Below are positions 1-9,210 of a DNA stretch of 64,000 nucleotides, in pieces. This stretch comes from an uncultured bacterium (GTDB taxonomy: Bacteria; Chloroflexota; UBA5177; JANWHV01). Position numbers and translations under genes: made by a program. The stretch spans positions 576,001 through 640,000 of the forward strand of contig CAWHAE010000012.1 of assembly GCA_963827235.1 (NCBI GenBank). The letters run 5' to 3'. Each line of letters starts with the position of its first letter. The stretch's first letter is position 1. The notes under the pieces were generated by a model. The model saw only the letters and a list, made by a program, of their open reading frames with translations, did not search any database and had not been told where the DNA came from.

Positions 1-235
1 GATCGTGTGGTATGCTTTCTCGTTCAGCGTGCGGCGAACCGCCGTAACAGCACTCATCCTGGTCTCCGGGCAGCCAATATACCGTACTCAACTTATACTA
101 TACTATACAGATAGCCTCTGCTATACTCTACTCGTCCGGCAGTATCGCGAGCAGACGCGTATACTACATCGGCCAGGGCGCGGCGGCTTGTGTGGGCTGC
201 CCAGTTGTCCGAATAGCTTGGGGGTAAGGGAGAAC

Positions 236-1576
236 ATGGACCAACGCGACCGCAATTTAGAGACGCTTGCGACGCAGGCAGCCTCCTCGGGAATGAATCG
301 CGCGACCTTCATCAAACGTGCCTTGGCGCTCGGAGCGTCGATTCCCGCCATAGCTTATGCTCTCGAGGCACTCGAGGGTCCGGCATCGGCGTACGCGGCA
401 TCCAGCAGCCCGGTGCAGATCACGTTTGGCTCCTGGGGCAGCATCGACGAGCAGATCACCGCCAACGCAATCCTCAAGGTCTTCGAGGCGCGATACCCCA
501 ACATCCAGGTTCAGCCCCAGTACACAGACTTCACCAGCTACTTCATTCGTCTCAACGCCGACCTGGCCACGAAGAGCATCCCCGACGTGCTGTTCCTGAC
601 CTACGTCCCCACCTACGCTTCCAAAGGGGCGCTGGCCGACATCCGTTCTCTGGCCGCCAAGCACGGCAAGAACATTGCCGGTTATACGAACGCAGAGCTC
701 TTCCTGTTTGAGTGGAACGGCGGCCTGTACGGCGTGCCGCGCGACAACGACACGAAGGTAATCTTCTACAATCGCAAGCTGTTCCAAAAGGCGGGCGTCG
801 CCTATCCCAAGGACGGCTGGAGCTACGATGATTTGCGGGCAACCGCCCTGAAGCTGACGATCGGTAGCGGTGCGCGAGTCAGCCAGTATGGCTACGCCTA
901 CGAGACCGACTTCTGGCGCCTCTGGCTGTGGCAGAACGGTGTGGAGCTGTTCGACAGCGACGCCACGCCCACCAAGGCCATCTTCAACACCCCGGCAGCC
1001 GCCGAGGCGCTGCAGTTCATCGGTGACCTGACGACCAAAGACGACGTCACTCCGCCTGCCTCGCAGATCGCCAGCTCGGCGACGATCGCCTCGCTGTTCT
1101 CGGGCGGCCAGCTTGCCATGGCCTTCGGCAACCACGCCCTGGTGCCCACGTTCAACAAGACGAAGGGCCTCGACTGGTTCGTAGTCGGCATGCCGCACTT
1201 CACCGGGCACAAGGTGGTAAACGCGACGGGCGGCGCCGGCTACTGCATCTCCAAGTTCGCCTCGAATCCGTCCGCGGCGTACCAGTTATGGGACTTCATG
1301 ACCGGCCCCATCGCCTCGCTCGATTTCGCGGCCGGCGACGACATCGTGCCGCTCAGCCCCGAGGTGCTGAGCTCGTCGACCTGGACCAGCAAGCCGTACA
1401 ACAAAGTATTCACCGCCCAGACCAAGCTCGGGCATGACTTCCCGTCCTTTGCCAACGTCGGGCCTGTCTTCAGCGCCATCGACTCGGCTCTACAGCCGAT
1501 CTGGATTGGCGAGCAGACGGCAGCGGAGGCCCTGCCCAAGGCAGCGGCCGCCGCGCAGAAGCTGCTGCAGGGGTAG
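236..1576 (+). CDS. Carbohydrate ABC transporter substrate-binding protein with Tat-like signal
   Basis: ATG at 236 after GGGAGAAC; NRATFIK plus hydrophobic leader; family-1 SBP motifs (PDVLF, GLYGVP, IFYNRKLF, FSGGQLAM); followed by two permeases. Confidence 0.9.
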   Translation: MDQRDRNLETLATQAASSGMNRATFIKRALALGASIPAIAYALEALEGPASAYAASSSPVQITFGSWGSIDEQITANAILKVFEARYPNIQVQPQYTDFTSYFIRLNADLATKSIPDVLFLTYVPTYASKGALADIRSLAAKHGKNIAGYTNAELFLFEWNGGLYGVPRDNDTKVIFYNRKLFQKAGVAYPKDGWSYDDLRATALKLTIGSGARVSQYGYAYETDFWRLWLWQNGVELFDSDATPTKAIFNTPAAAEALQFIGDLTTKDDVTPPASQIASSATIASLFSGGQLAMAFGNHALVPTFNKTKGLDWFVVGMPHFTGHKVVNATGGAGYCISKFASNPSAAYQLWDFMTGPIASLDFAAGDDIVPLSPEVLSSSTWTSKPYNKVFTAQTKLGHDFPSFANVGPVFSAIDSALQPIWIGEQTAAEALPKAAAAAQKLLQG

Positions 1577-1596
1577 GCCGGCACTCCGGTGAGGAC

Positions 1597-1627
1597 ACGG
1601 TGGGGGCTGCTCTGCAGCCCCCACCGT
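1597..1627 (+). terminator. Intercistronic stem-loop after the SBP gene (mRNA stabiliser or attenuator)
   Basis: Perfect 14-bp stem ACGGTGGGGGCTGC-tct-GCAGCCCCCACCGT, no U tail. Confidence 0.6.
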
Positions 1628-1655
1628 CGCCGCCGGTGCGCTGCTTGAGCCGCTG

Positions 1656-2609
1656 ATGCCAACTGATGCGCGATCAACATTTCGCTCGCGCCTGGCGCGC
1701 CGTGCCGGCCACCGGGAGGGAGCGTACCGGCGGGGCGATGGACGGGTAGCGATTCTGTTTCTGCTGCCGGACTTCATCCCGTTCGTCATCTTCACGGTGC
1801 TTGGGGTTCTGGCCACGTTCGGCCTCAGCTTCTCGCACTGGGACCTGATCAACGCACCCAGCTTCGCCGGCCTGGACAACTACAAGTACCTCTGGGACGA
1901 CGACCTGTTCCGCAAGGTATTCTTCAACACGCTCTACTACACGCTGGGCGTGGTGCCGCTTGCCACGGCGCTCGCCCTGCTCGTTGCCGTCGGCCTCAAT
2001 CTCAAGCTGCCGGGATCGCTGGTCCTGCGTACGGCGTACTTTTCGCCCTACATCACCACGCTGGTGGCGGCCGCGCTCGTCTTTCAGTGGATCTACGATC
2101 CCCGCGCGGGGCTGATCGATAGCGTGCTCTACGCTCTTGGCGTTCCCAATCCGCCCGGTTGGCTCAACAGCACGACCTGGGCCATGCCGGCGCTGATCAT
2201 CTTCGGCGTGTGGCGGCAGATCGGCTTCAACATCGTGCTGTTCTTGGCCGGCTTGCAGGGCGTGGATCGCTCACTGATGGAAGCAGCGTCGGTCGATGGC
2301 GCAGGGAAGCTGGGACAGTTCAGACACGTCACCCTGCCGCTGATCAGCCCGACCACATTCTTCGTGGTGGTGGTGACGACGATCGGATCCTTCCAGATCT
2401 TCGACCAGGCCTACGCTATGACAAGCGGCCAGTTCTACCCCGACAACGCCACCAACACGTTGGTGGGGTATTTGTTCCAGCGGGCCTTCGTCTTTGCCGG
2501 CTCGAACATGGGCCTCGCCTCCGCGGTTGCCTGGGTGCTGTTCATGCTGGTGTTCGCGGTGACCATGGTGCAGTTCACGATGCAACGACGCTGGGTGCAC
2601 TATGGTTAG
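1656..2609 (+). CDS. Carbohydrate ABC transporter permease (MalF/UgpA-like)
   Basis: Multiple TM helices; EAA loop EAASVDGA..FRHVTLPLISP. Confidence 0.92.
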   Translation: MPTDARSTFRSRLARRAGHREGAYRRGDGRVAILFLLPDFIPFVIFTVLGVLATFGLSFSHWDLINAPSFAGLDNYKYLWDDDLFRKVFFNTLYYTLGVVPLATALALLVAVGLNLKLPGSLVLRTAYFSPYITTLVAAALVFQWIYDPRAGLIDSVLYALGVPNPPGWLNSTTWAMPALIIFGVWRQIGFNIVLFLAGLQGVDRSLMEAASVDGAGKLGQFRHVTLPLISPTTFFVVVVTTIGSFQIFDQAYAMTSGQFYPDNATNTLVGYLFQRAFVFAGSNMGLASAVAWVLFMLVFAVTMVQFTMQRRWVHYG

Positions 2610-3486
2610 CCGCACCGGTCTCACGACGACGGCACCGCGCCTGCAGGAGAAACGGCCGCGCGCCCGCACGATCGCGTTTCGCTTACTGATCTGGCTGCTG
2701 CTGGCAGCAGGTGCCGCGATGGTATTGACGCCGTTCGTGTACATGGTGGCCACGTCGCTGGAGACTAACGCGCAGATCGGCTCCCTCACGCCGCAGTTCA
2801 TTCCGCAACCGTTCGAGTGGGGGAACTACCAGAGCGTTTGGGAGCAGTTACCGATCGGCCGCTTCTTCGTCAACAGCCTGATCGTGGCCGGGTCGATCAC
2901 TTGCTGCCAGGTGATTACCGCCTCGTTGGCCGCTTACGCCTTCGCGCGCCTCCGATTTCCCGGACGCAGCGCGCTGTTCGCAGTCTACCTCGCCACTCTG
3001 ATCATTCCGTTTCAGGTAACCCTGATCCCGAACTACATCCTCATTCACTACCTGGGCTGGCATAACACCTACCAGGGCATGATCGCGCCCTTCGTGTCCA
3101 GCGTGTTTAGCACCTTTCTCCTGCGCCAGTTCTTCCTGACCCTGCCCGCGGATCTCGAGGAGGCGGCGCTGCTGGACGGCGCCGGGCACTTCTCGATTTA
3201 CGCGCGGATCGTGATGCCGCTGGCCAAGCCGGCGCTGGCGGCCCTGGTGATCTTCGCCTTCCTCGGCTCCTGGAACAACTTCCTCTGGCCGCTGGTAGTG
3301 GTGGACACGGAATCGCTGAAGACGCTGCCGCTCGGGATTATCGAGTTCCAGAGCCAGTACACCATCCAGTGGAACCTGCTCATGGTCGGCGCGTCGCTGT
3401 CGCTGATACCGGTGCTGATCGTCTACGTGATCGCGCAGCGCTGGATCGTCGAGGGAATCGCCCTGACCGGCCAGGGCGGCCGCTAG
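2602..3486 (+). CDS. Carbohydrate ABC transporter permease (MalG-like)
   Basis: EEAALLDGAG EAA motif, WNNFLWPL; overlaps the upstream stop. Confidence 0.92.
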   Translation: MVSRTGLTTTAPRLQEKRPRARTIAFRLLIWLLLAAGAAMVLTPFVYMVATSLETNAQIGSLTPQFIPQPFEWGNYQSVWEQLPIGRFFVNSLIVAGSITCCQVITASLAAYAFARLRFPGRSALFAVYLATLIIPFQVTLIPNYILIHYLGWHNTYQGMIAPFVSSVFSTFLLRQFFLTLPADLEEAALLDGAGHFSIYARIVMPLAKPALAALVIFAFLGSWNNFLWPLVVVDTESLKTLPLGIIEFQSQYTIQWNLLMVGASLSLIPVLIVYVIAQRWIVEGIALTGQGGR

Positions 3487-3581
3487 CACGGCGCACCGTG
3501 GCCGCGATGCGCGGCGAGCTCCAGACCTGCCGGCCGCTGGTGGCGCCTCGCGTGCCGCTGGGCGCGGTATCCACGCGGTGA

Positions 3582-6212
3582 TCAGCTAAAGCGGCCGAGT
3601 ATCTTGTCCGGGTGGGTGTGACCCAAGTCGTCCATGTGCATGACGAGCAGTGCTTTCTCGACAGGGTCGCCGACCCCCAGGGCATTGGCGTCGGCCGGCG
3701 ACGGTGGTGTCTCGTTGAAATGGACCAGCCCAGACACTCCCTGGTAGGTGATGCTCGCGACGGCACCGCGAAGGCTCGCGCGCGTCACGGACGTGCCAAG
3801 CTGCTCGATTGCCTTCGCCGTCAGCTTCACCGCATCGTAGAAGAGCGCCGCCTCCGACGGCACGCGGGCGTAACCATAGCCGTTCGGCTTGCCGGGGGCG
3901 CGGAAGTTGGTTGCGTATTCGCTCTTCATCGCCGCGCTGATCTGGGCGGCGCTACTGTTGCGCGGCAGCAGGCTGTCCTCATCCGGATAGAAGTAGCCGG
4001 TGAAGCGGTAGCGACCCTTGAACACGTTGCCATAGGCTATGAACTCGGCCGGGTCGTAGAACGCGTCGTCACTCAGCACCGGCGTGGTGCGATTGCCCAT
4101 TGTGTCGAGTGCCTGCCCCATTTGCAATCCGTCGCTGGCATAGCCAGCGAACACAATCAGGTCCGGAGTGCTGCTCAGCTGCTTCAGCATGGCCAGGTAC
4201 TGTTGTGCCGAGGTGCCGGCGGCGGAGCCGCTCTGTGCCGTGTAGTCCTCCTGTACGAGGTTGGCGCTGCCGGCCATGTCGGTGCTAAAGATCGTGGCCA
4301 GGCCGTTGCTGTACGAGTCGTCAGGGTCGCGGAACACGACGATCGTGGGGTGTGCTTTGCCGGTCAGGAAGCTCTTCGCGTAGTTGGCAAGATCTTGCCC
4401 CTGCACGGTGTCGCTGGGGCAGATGCGGAAGAAGTAGGTGCTGCCATTCAGGCTCGGGCTGCTCGACGTGGGCGTGATCGTGGTGATGCCGGCCTCAGCC
4501 AGGTAGGCAAGAGCGGCCTTCGTGCGGCTGCTGGAGGAGTAGCCCAGAAAAGCCAGTACGTTGCTATCAGCCGCCGCTGCTTTCGCGGCTTCCACCGCGC
4601 CGCTGGCCGTGCTGGCGTCATTGGCCAGATCCAGCACGAGCTTGCGGCCGCCGATTCCCCCTTGCAGGTTAATCTCATGCTGAGCCGTGTAGGCACCCTG
4701 CAGCGCGAAGCGGCCCGTCGTGATCTTCGGTCCGCTGAACGAGCTTCCCACGGCTATCGTATAGTACGGCTGCCCGCTCAGGAGGATGCCGGCGTTCTCG
4801 GCGTAGATCTCGCTCTCCGCGTCGGTCTGGTCGTTCGTGCTGGCTTGCTGGTAGAGCGCTTCTGCCCGGCTGATATTGCCGTTCTTCCACTGCACCGAGG
4901 CGTCCTTCTTCGCCTTCGCCCAGGCCGTGGCGTCCGACGCGCTGCCGATATTGTTGTTGGCCGCGGTGGGCAGACGTCCCGTGGTGTCCGTGTCGAACGC
5001 CACCCGGCCGGTGCTCACGGCTCCGGTTGGGGGCAGCGAGGCCTGCTGCTGCTCGTACACGGCCGCACCGCCGCCCACGGCAATCAGCACGAGCACCGCG
5101 GCGACGAGGGCAAACACCTTGCTTCGCGCCGAGGAGAGCAGCCCCTTCGGGGCCAACAGGGCGTCCACGTGTGCCTTCATCTCCGCAGCGGAGCTGTATC
5201 GGTGTGCAGGGTCGTTCTGCAGCGCCTTCTCGACGATATGGATGGTGGCATCGGAGACGCTTGGATTGAGCTGCTTGATGGGCGGGTAGGAAAACAGCGG
5301 TTCCACGCCCTGAGGATTGCGGCCGGTGAGCAGCTGGTGCATGGTCGCGCCGAGCGCATAGAGGTCCGAGAGCGTCGTCTCCTTGGCTTCGAACTGCTCG
5401 CGGGGCGCGTAGCCTGGGGTACCCATTGCCGTGGACGACGTGGCGCTGCCGGCCACGTGCTTACCCACGCGGAATTTGTGCGACGCCACGCCGAAGTCGA
5501 CGACGCGTACGCGGTTATTGGGCTCGACGATGATGTTGGCCGGCTTGATGTCGCGGTGGATCACCTGCGGGTCGAGGCTCTCGAGATAGGCGAGGACGGA
5601 CAGAACCTGCGACACCCAGCCCAGTACCAGTTTCTCCGGCAGGCCCTTGCCGCCGGCCTGATCGAGCCGCTTCTGCAGGTCCTCGCCGTCGATGAATTCC
5701 TGAACGATGAAGTGGTAGCCCTGCTCGGTGAAGAAGTCGCTGATGTTCGGGATGTTGGGATGGCTCATCGAAGCCAGCGTCTTCATCTCTTCCTGAAACG
5801 CTTCTTCGGCTGCGATGCGCTCTTCTTCCGTGGAGTAGTTGGGCAGGAGCTGCTTGATCACCACGGGCTTGTTGTTCACCCTGGTGTCGTGCGCGAGGAA
5901 GATGCTGCCCATTCCGCCCTTGCCCAGCGGCTTGTCGACCACGTAGCGGACGCCATCACCCAGTGCCATGCCCGCTGCGAGCGGCGTGCCCGTCTTGATC
6001 GTCCCGGCCACCTTGCCTTGGCCTGCGGCCGGCGTGGCACCGCCGGTGGCGGCGGGTTGCGCGGCGGGCTGGGCGACAGGCGCGGGCGCCGCCAAGCCGA
6101 GTGTATGCGTCGGTACCTGGAGTCGCTGCGTGAGACTGATGCCGCAGCCGTCGCAGAACTTACTGGCGGCAGGATTCACCATGCCGCACTGGGGGCAAGT
6201 GCGTGTCGCCAT
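3582..6212 (-). CDS. Zn-ribbon + Hanks-type Ser/Thr kinase + TM + extracellular LivJ-like (type 1 periplasmic binding) domain
   Basis: CPQC..CDGC; GKGGMG, VVIK, HRDIKPAN, DFG, GTPGYAP; one TM helix; INLQGGIGGRKL, FFRICPSD, YQGVSG motifs. Confidence 0.88.
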   Translation of the reverse strand: MATRTCPQCGMVNPAASKFCDGCGISLTQRLQVPTHTLGLAAPAPVAQPAAQPAATGGATPAAGQGKVAGTIKTGTPLAAGMALGDGVRYVVDKPLGKGGMGSIFLAHDTRVNNKPVVIKQLLPNYSTEEERIAAEEAFQEEMKTLASMSHPNIPNISDFFTEQGYHFIVQEFIDGEDLQKRLDQAGGKGLPEKLVLGWVSQVLSVLAYLESLDPQVIHRDIKPANIIVEPNNRVRVVDFGVASHKFRVGKHVAGSATSSTAMGTPGYAPREQFEAKETTLSDLYALGATMHQLLTGRNPQGVEPLFSYPPIKQLNPSVSDATIHIVEKALQNDPAHRYSSAAEMKAHVDALLAPKGLLSSARSKVFALVAAVLVLIAVGGGAAVYEQQQASLPPTGAVSTGRVAFDTDTTGRLPTAANNNIGSASDATAWAKAKKDASVQWKNGNISRAEALYQQASTNDQTDAESEIYAENAGILLSGQPYYTIAVGSSFSGPKITTGRFALQGAYTAQHEINLQGGIGGRKLVLDLANDASTASGAVEAAKAAAADSNVLAFLGYSSSSRTKAALAYLAEAGITTITPTSSSPSLNGSTYFFRICPSDTVQGQDLANYAKSFLTGKAHPTIVVFRDPDDSYSNGLATIFSTDMAGSANLVQEDYTAQSGSAAGTSAQQYLAMLKQLSSTPDLIVFAGYASDGLQMGQALDTMGNRTTPVLSDDAFYDPAEFIAYGNVFKGRYRFTGYFYPDEDSLLPRNSSAAQISAAMKSEYATNFRAPGKPNGYGYARVPSEAALFYDAVKLTAKAIEQLGTSVTRASLRGAVASITYQGVSGLVHFNETPPSPADANALGVGDPVEKALLVMHMDDLGHTHPDKILGRFS

Positions 6213-6558
6213 CACATGCTGCCACTTCCAGCGGCCCATCGACCGCCACTAGGCCTGCCCATAACAGAACGCTCGGTGCACCGGCCGCTCACGAGCTCCG
6301 GCTGCGCGAGCGATCATAGTGCTGTCATTTTACCGTTCCCTGGCCTGTACGCAATCCCGGACCATCGTCGATCGGGCGACGACGCCCGCGGCTTCTCCGG
6401 TCTGGTCGACTCGCGGACGCGGCGCGCGTTCCGGCGACCCGCTCCTAGCGACACCTGGGCGCGCCGGCCCTCGGTCGTAGAGTGTGCTCACCTGCCGGTC
6501 TGCTGCCCGGGACGGGCGCTCCTCGAGCACACGCGGCCAGCCGCGGCAGACGGCCGAG

Positions 6559-7725
6559 TTACTCGATGGGGAGCGCCAGCGACTGCCGCAGCGCGAGGAG
6601 CGGTAACAGCGAGAGCAGCACGAACGAGGCGGTGAGGCCCACGTGGTCGGCCAAGGCGCCGGTTGCCAGCGAGCCGAGCGCGCCGATTCCGGAAGCGAAG
6701 CCGTTGCTCAGACCTGCCGCCATGCCCTGGCGATGACTGATCAGCTGCTGCGCCATCACGACGGTGAGCGCAAAGGTGGAGAGCAGGCAGGCGCCGAATA
6801 CGGCGATCGCCAGCAGAGCCGGGAAACCGCTTAGCAGAAGGAAGAGCATCAGCAGCGGCGTGAGCGGCAGCATGGTCATGACCAGCACCCGGCGGCCACC
6901 AAAGCGATCGGCCAGCGGTCCGACCGCGAGGGTACCTGCTACGCCCGCGAAGAGGAACGCTGAGACGAAGACGCCGGGGCCGATGCCGTGCCCGGTTCTT
7001 TGCGCCCAGTAGGGCAGATAGAGGACCAGCCCGTTCTGAACCCAGGCACGAATGGCCACGATGGCGAGCACGTTGGCAACCACCGTCCAGGCCACGGCCG
7101 CCTCCGCGTCCCGTCCATGGCTCACATGCAGGGCGATACCCCGGCGCAACGGCGCGCAGGCAGTAGCCAGCCAGATCGTGACGACCAGGCCGAACGCGAA
7201 CAGCACTTCCGGCGCCACAGCCTGAACGTGATCGTGCAGCAAGAAGAAGAAGCCCGGGCCACAGGCGTAGCCAATGCTGCCGCCGACCGAAAACAAGGCC
7301 ATCGCGCTGGCCCGGCGGTCCCCGCTGAAGAAGGCGGCGGTCTTGGCAGCCTCCGGGTGGTACAGCGCGGATCCGCAGCCGCAGACACTGATCAGGGCAA
7401 GCAGCGTGAGGAAGTGCGACGCCCGGCTGGCTGCGCACAGGCCAAAGGCACAGAGGACGCAGCCGATGGGCAGCAACTCGGCCATGTGACGTCGATCCGA
7501 GAGATAGCCAAACAGCGGCTGGATGACCGAGGAGGTGATCGTGAAGGCGAGCGAGGCGAGTCCGATCAGGAAGTATGACAGGTGCAGCGCGGGGCGAAGC
7601 ACGAACAGCAGCGCCGGCAGCGCGCCGGAGTATACGTCGACCGTGAGATGGCCGAAACTGAGCATGCCGATTACCCGGCGATTCACTCGGTGCTCCCTCC
7701 GGCGGCGGACATGCGGCCCCACCAA
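6559..7725 (-). CDS. MFS transporter (Fsr/fosmidomycin-resistance-like)
   Basis: About 12 TM; GHLTVD, QPLFGYLSDR, YHPEA, GPLADRFG; true start may be about 7686. Confidence 0.85.
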   Translation of the reverse strand: MVGPHVRRRREHRVNRRVIGMLSFGHLTVDVYSGALPALLFVLRPALHLSYFLIGLASLAFTITSSVIQPLFGYLSDRRHMAELLPIGCVLCAFGLCAASRASHFLTLLALISVCGCGSALYHPEAAKTAAFFSGDRRASAMALFSVGGSIGYACGPGFFFLLHDHVQAVAPEVLFAFGLVVTIWLATACAPLRRGIALHVSHGRDAEAAVAWTVVANVLAIVAIRAWVQNGLVLYLPYWAQRTGHGIGPGVFVSAFLFAGVAGTLAVGPLADRFGGRRVLVMTMLPLTPLLMLFLLLSGFPALLAIAVFGACLLSTFALTVVMAQQLISHRQGMAAGLSNGFASGIGALGSLATGALADHVGLTASFVLLSLLPLLALRQSLALPIE

Positions 7726-7940
7726 CTGCCATATCCACGGCCTCTGGCATGCCCGGGCGGCGCCGACAGTCGTGCGCCCACCGCCGCTACCGGCACGCGA
7801 TCAAAGCTGAAGTATACCGGCATCCGTTGAGTCGTAGAGATTGTGGAAGCGTGAGCGAGCCAGTGCGGTGCTGATCCGCCCGTGGCGTCCCCTCGTATTC
7901 CAAAGCCGGTGCGGCCGCGCTCGGTATCCCGCGTAGGAGC

Positions 7941-8393
7941 GTGTTCAGCGGCAGCTTTCGCGCCTGGTTCTCACAGCAGCTATCTGTGTCCGGCGACGGC
8001 GACAGCCTGCAGCTGGGCAACGTCACATTGAGCCGTATGCTCCCTGCGGAGCCGGGCGTGAGACTGGACGGCACGTTCGGCTACGCGACCTTCGTCGACA
8101 CGACCGGCGTGGCTGGGTCGGGTTCCGTCTCGGGTGACCACACCGTCGCCTTCGGCAGCGACGGCAGGCTCAGCCTGAAAGACTTCGTGGACTCGTTGGT
8201 CTCGGGCGATACCGTGGGCGGCACGACCTCCAGCCGCGCCACCGGGTCCGGCGCTTACCGGCTCGAGGGCTACCTTGTGCGATTTGCCATCACCGACGGC
8301 GGGACGGAGCGGCACATCTTCTTCATCTTGCCGAGACGGGGCGAGACGAACGCCGCAGCGATTGACGGTGCCGTCTATCTCAGGCTCGGCTGA
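7941..8393 (+). CDS. Hypothetical protein, probably a 5'-truncated remnant
   Basis: Coding-like beta-rich sequence ending GAYRLEGY..DGGTERHIFF; no clear RBS or start. Confidence 0.4.
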   Translation: MFSGSFRAWFSQQLSVSGDGDSLQLGNVTLSRMLPAEPGVRLDGTFGYATFVDTTGVAGSGSVSGDHTVAFGSDGRLSLKDFVDSLVSGDTVGGTTSSRATGSGAYRLEGYLVRFAITDGGTERHIFFILPRRGETNAAAIDGAVYLRLG

Positions 8394-8502
8394 CTCCGCG
8401 CGGACCAGTGGGCCGGTGGCCACGGTCACGGCCGGCGCCACGCGGCCGGCCGTGGAAGGAACGCCCTGGCTTTGGCCGCGTATTCGGAGGGAGGCAGCCG
8501 GT

Positions 8503-9210
8503 CTACTTGGTAGGCGTCGTCCTGCCTTCACGGAGTAGGCGGGCGGCCTGGGTCGCGGCACATATCCCCGTTCTGCGCTGGCAAGAGCGTCTTGCGACCC
8601 GCCGGCAGGCTGAGGCACCCGTAAGCAGGACGGCCAGCGCCAGCGGCACTCGCAGTCTCTGAGAAATGCGGACTGGACCGGGAGGAGCTGGAATGCGTGC
8701 CCGCTCAGCTTCCGTATGTGCACGCCTGCGCTGCAGCTCGAGGAGCAGGCTTTGCTCGCCCACGCGCATCGCCCAGCGATGGTTGGCCGCGAACACCGGC
8801 TTGATCAGGAACGAGAGCCTGCGAAGCAAAGGCTTCTCGGCGCTGATCTTCCAGTCGTAGGTTATGTGGACGACCGGCCCGTCCTGCTCGAACGTCCAGA
8901 TGCCGGCACCGACGAAGTCGCCCTCGGCGGCAATAGCATAGCCATATGGCCGGTTCGATTCGGTGACGCGCAACTGCCAGCGCAGCGTGTAGGGTAGCCA
9001 CCCTTTGGTGAACAGACTGTAGCGGGAGCCCACGCCGCTCCTGTCTCCGGGCTCCAGCTCCAGGATGTCGAGGTAGACGGCAGGCCACCAGCGAGCGAGA
9101 TCGCGTGCGTCGCCGAGAATCGCGGAGACCTCCTCCACCATGCCGGTCACATCCCAGTGAGTGACGAAGTGGTACTGGTTGCCGTGCATGTCACGATCCC
9201 TCCCCTGCAT
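8503..9210 (-). CDS. SRPBCC/polyketide cyclase-like protein
   Basis: YHFVTHW, LARWWPAVY, KGWLPYTLRW, KPVFAANHRWAM; overlaps the upstream gene end. Confidence 0.75.
   Translation of the reverse strand: MQGRDRDMHGNQYHFVTHWDVTGMVEEVSAILGDARDLARWWPAVYLDILELEPGDRSGVGSRYSLFTKGWLPYTLRWQLRVTESNRPYGYAIAAEGDFVGAGIWTFEQDGPVVHITYDWKISAEKPLLRRLSFLIKPVFAANHRWAMRVGEQSLLLELQRRRAHTEAERARIPAPPGPVRISQRLRVPLALAVLLTGASACRRVARRSCQRRTGICAATQAARLLREGRTTPTK

Noticed and set aside
3612-6635. 1007-aa plus-strand ORF
   Set aside because: Antisense shadow of the kinase gene; no motifs. The same applies to most long overlapping ORFs in this GC-rich window.
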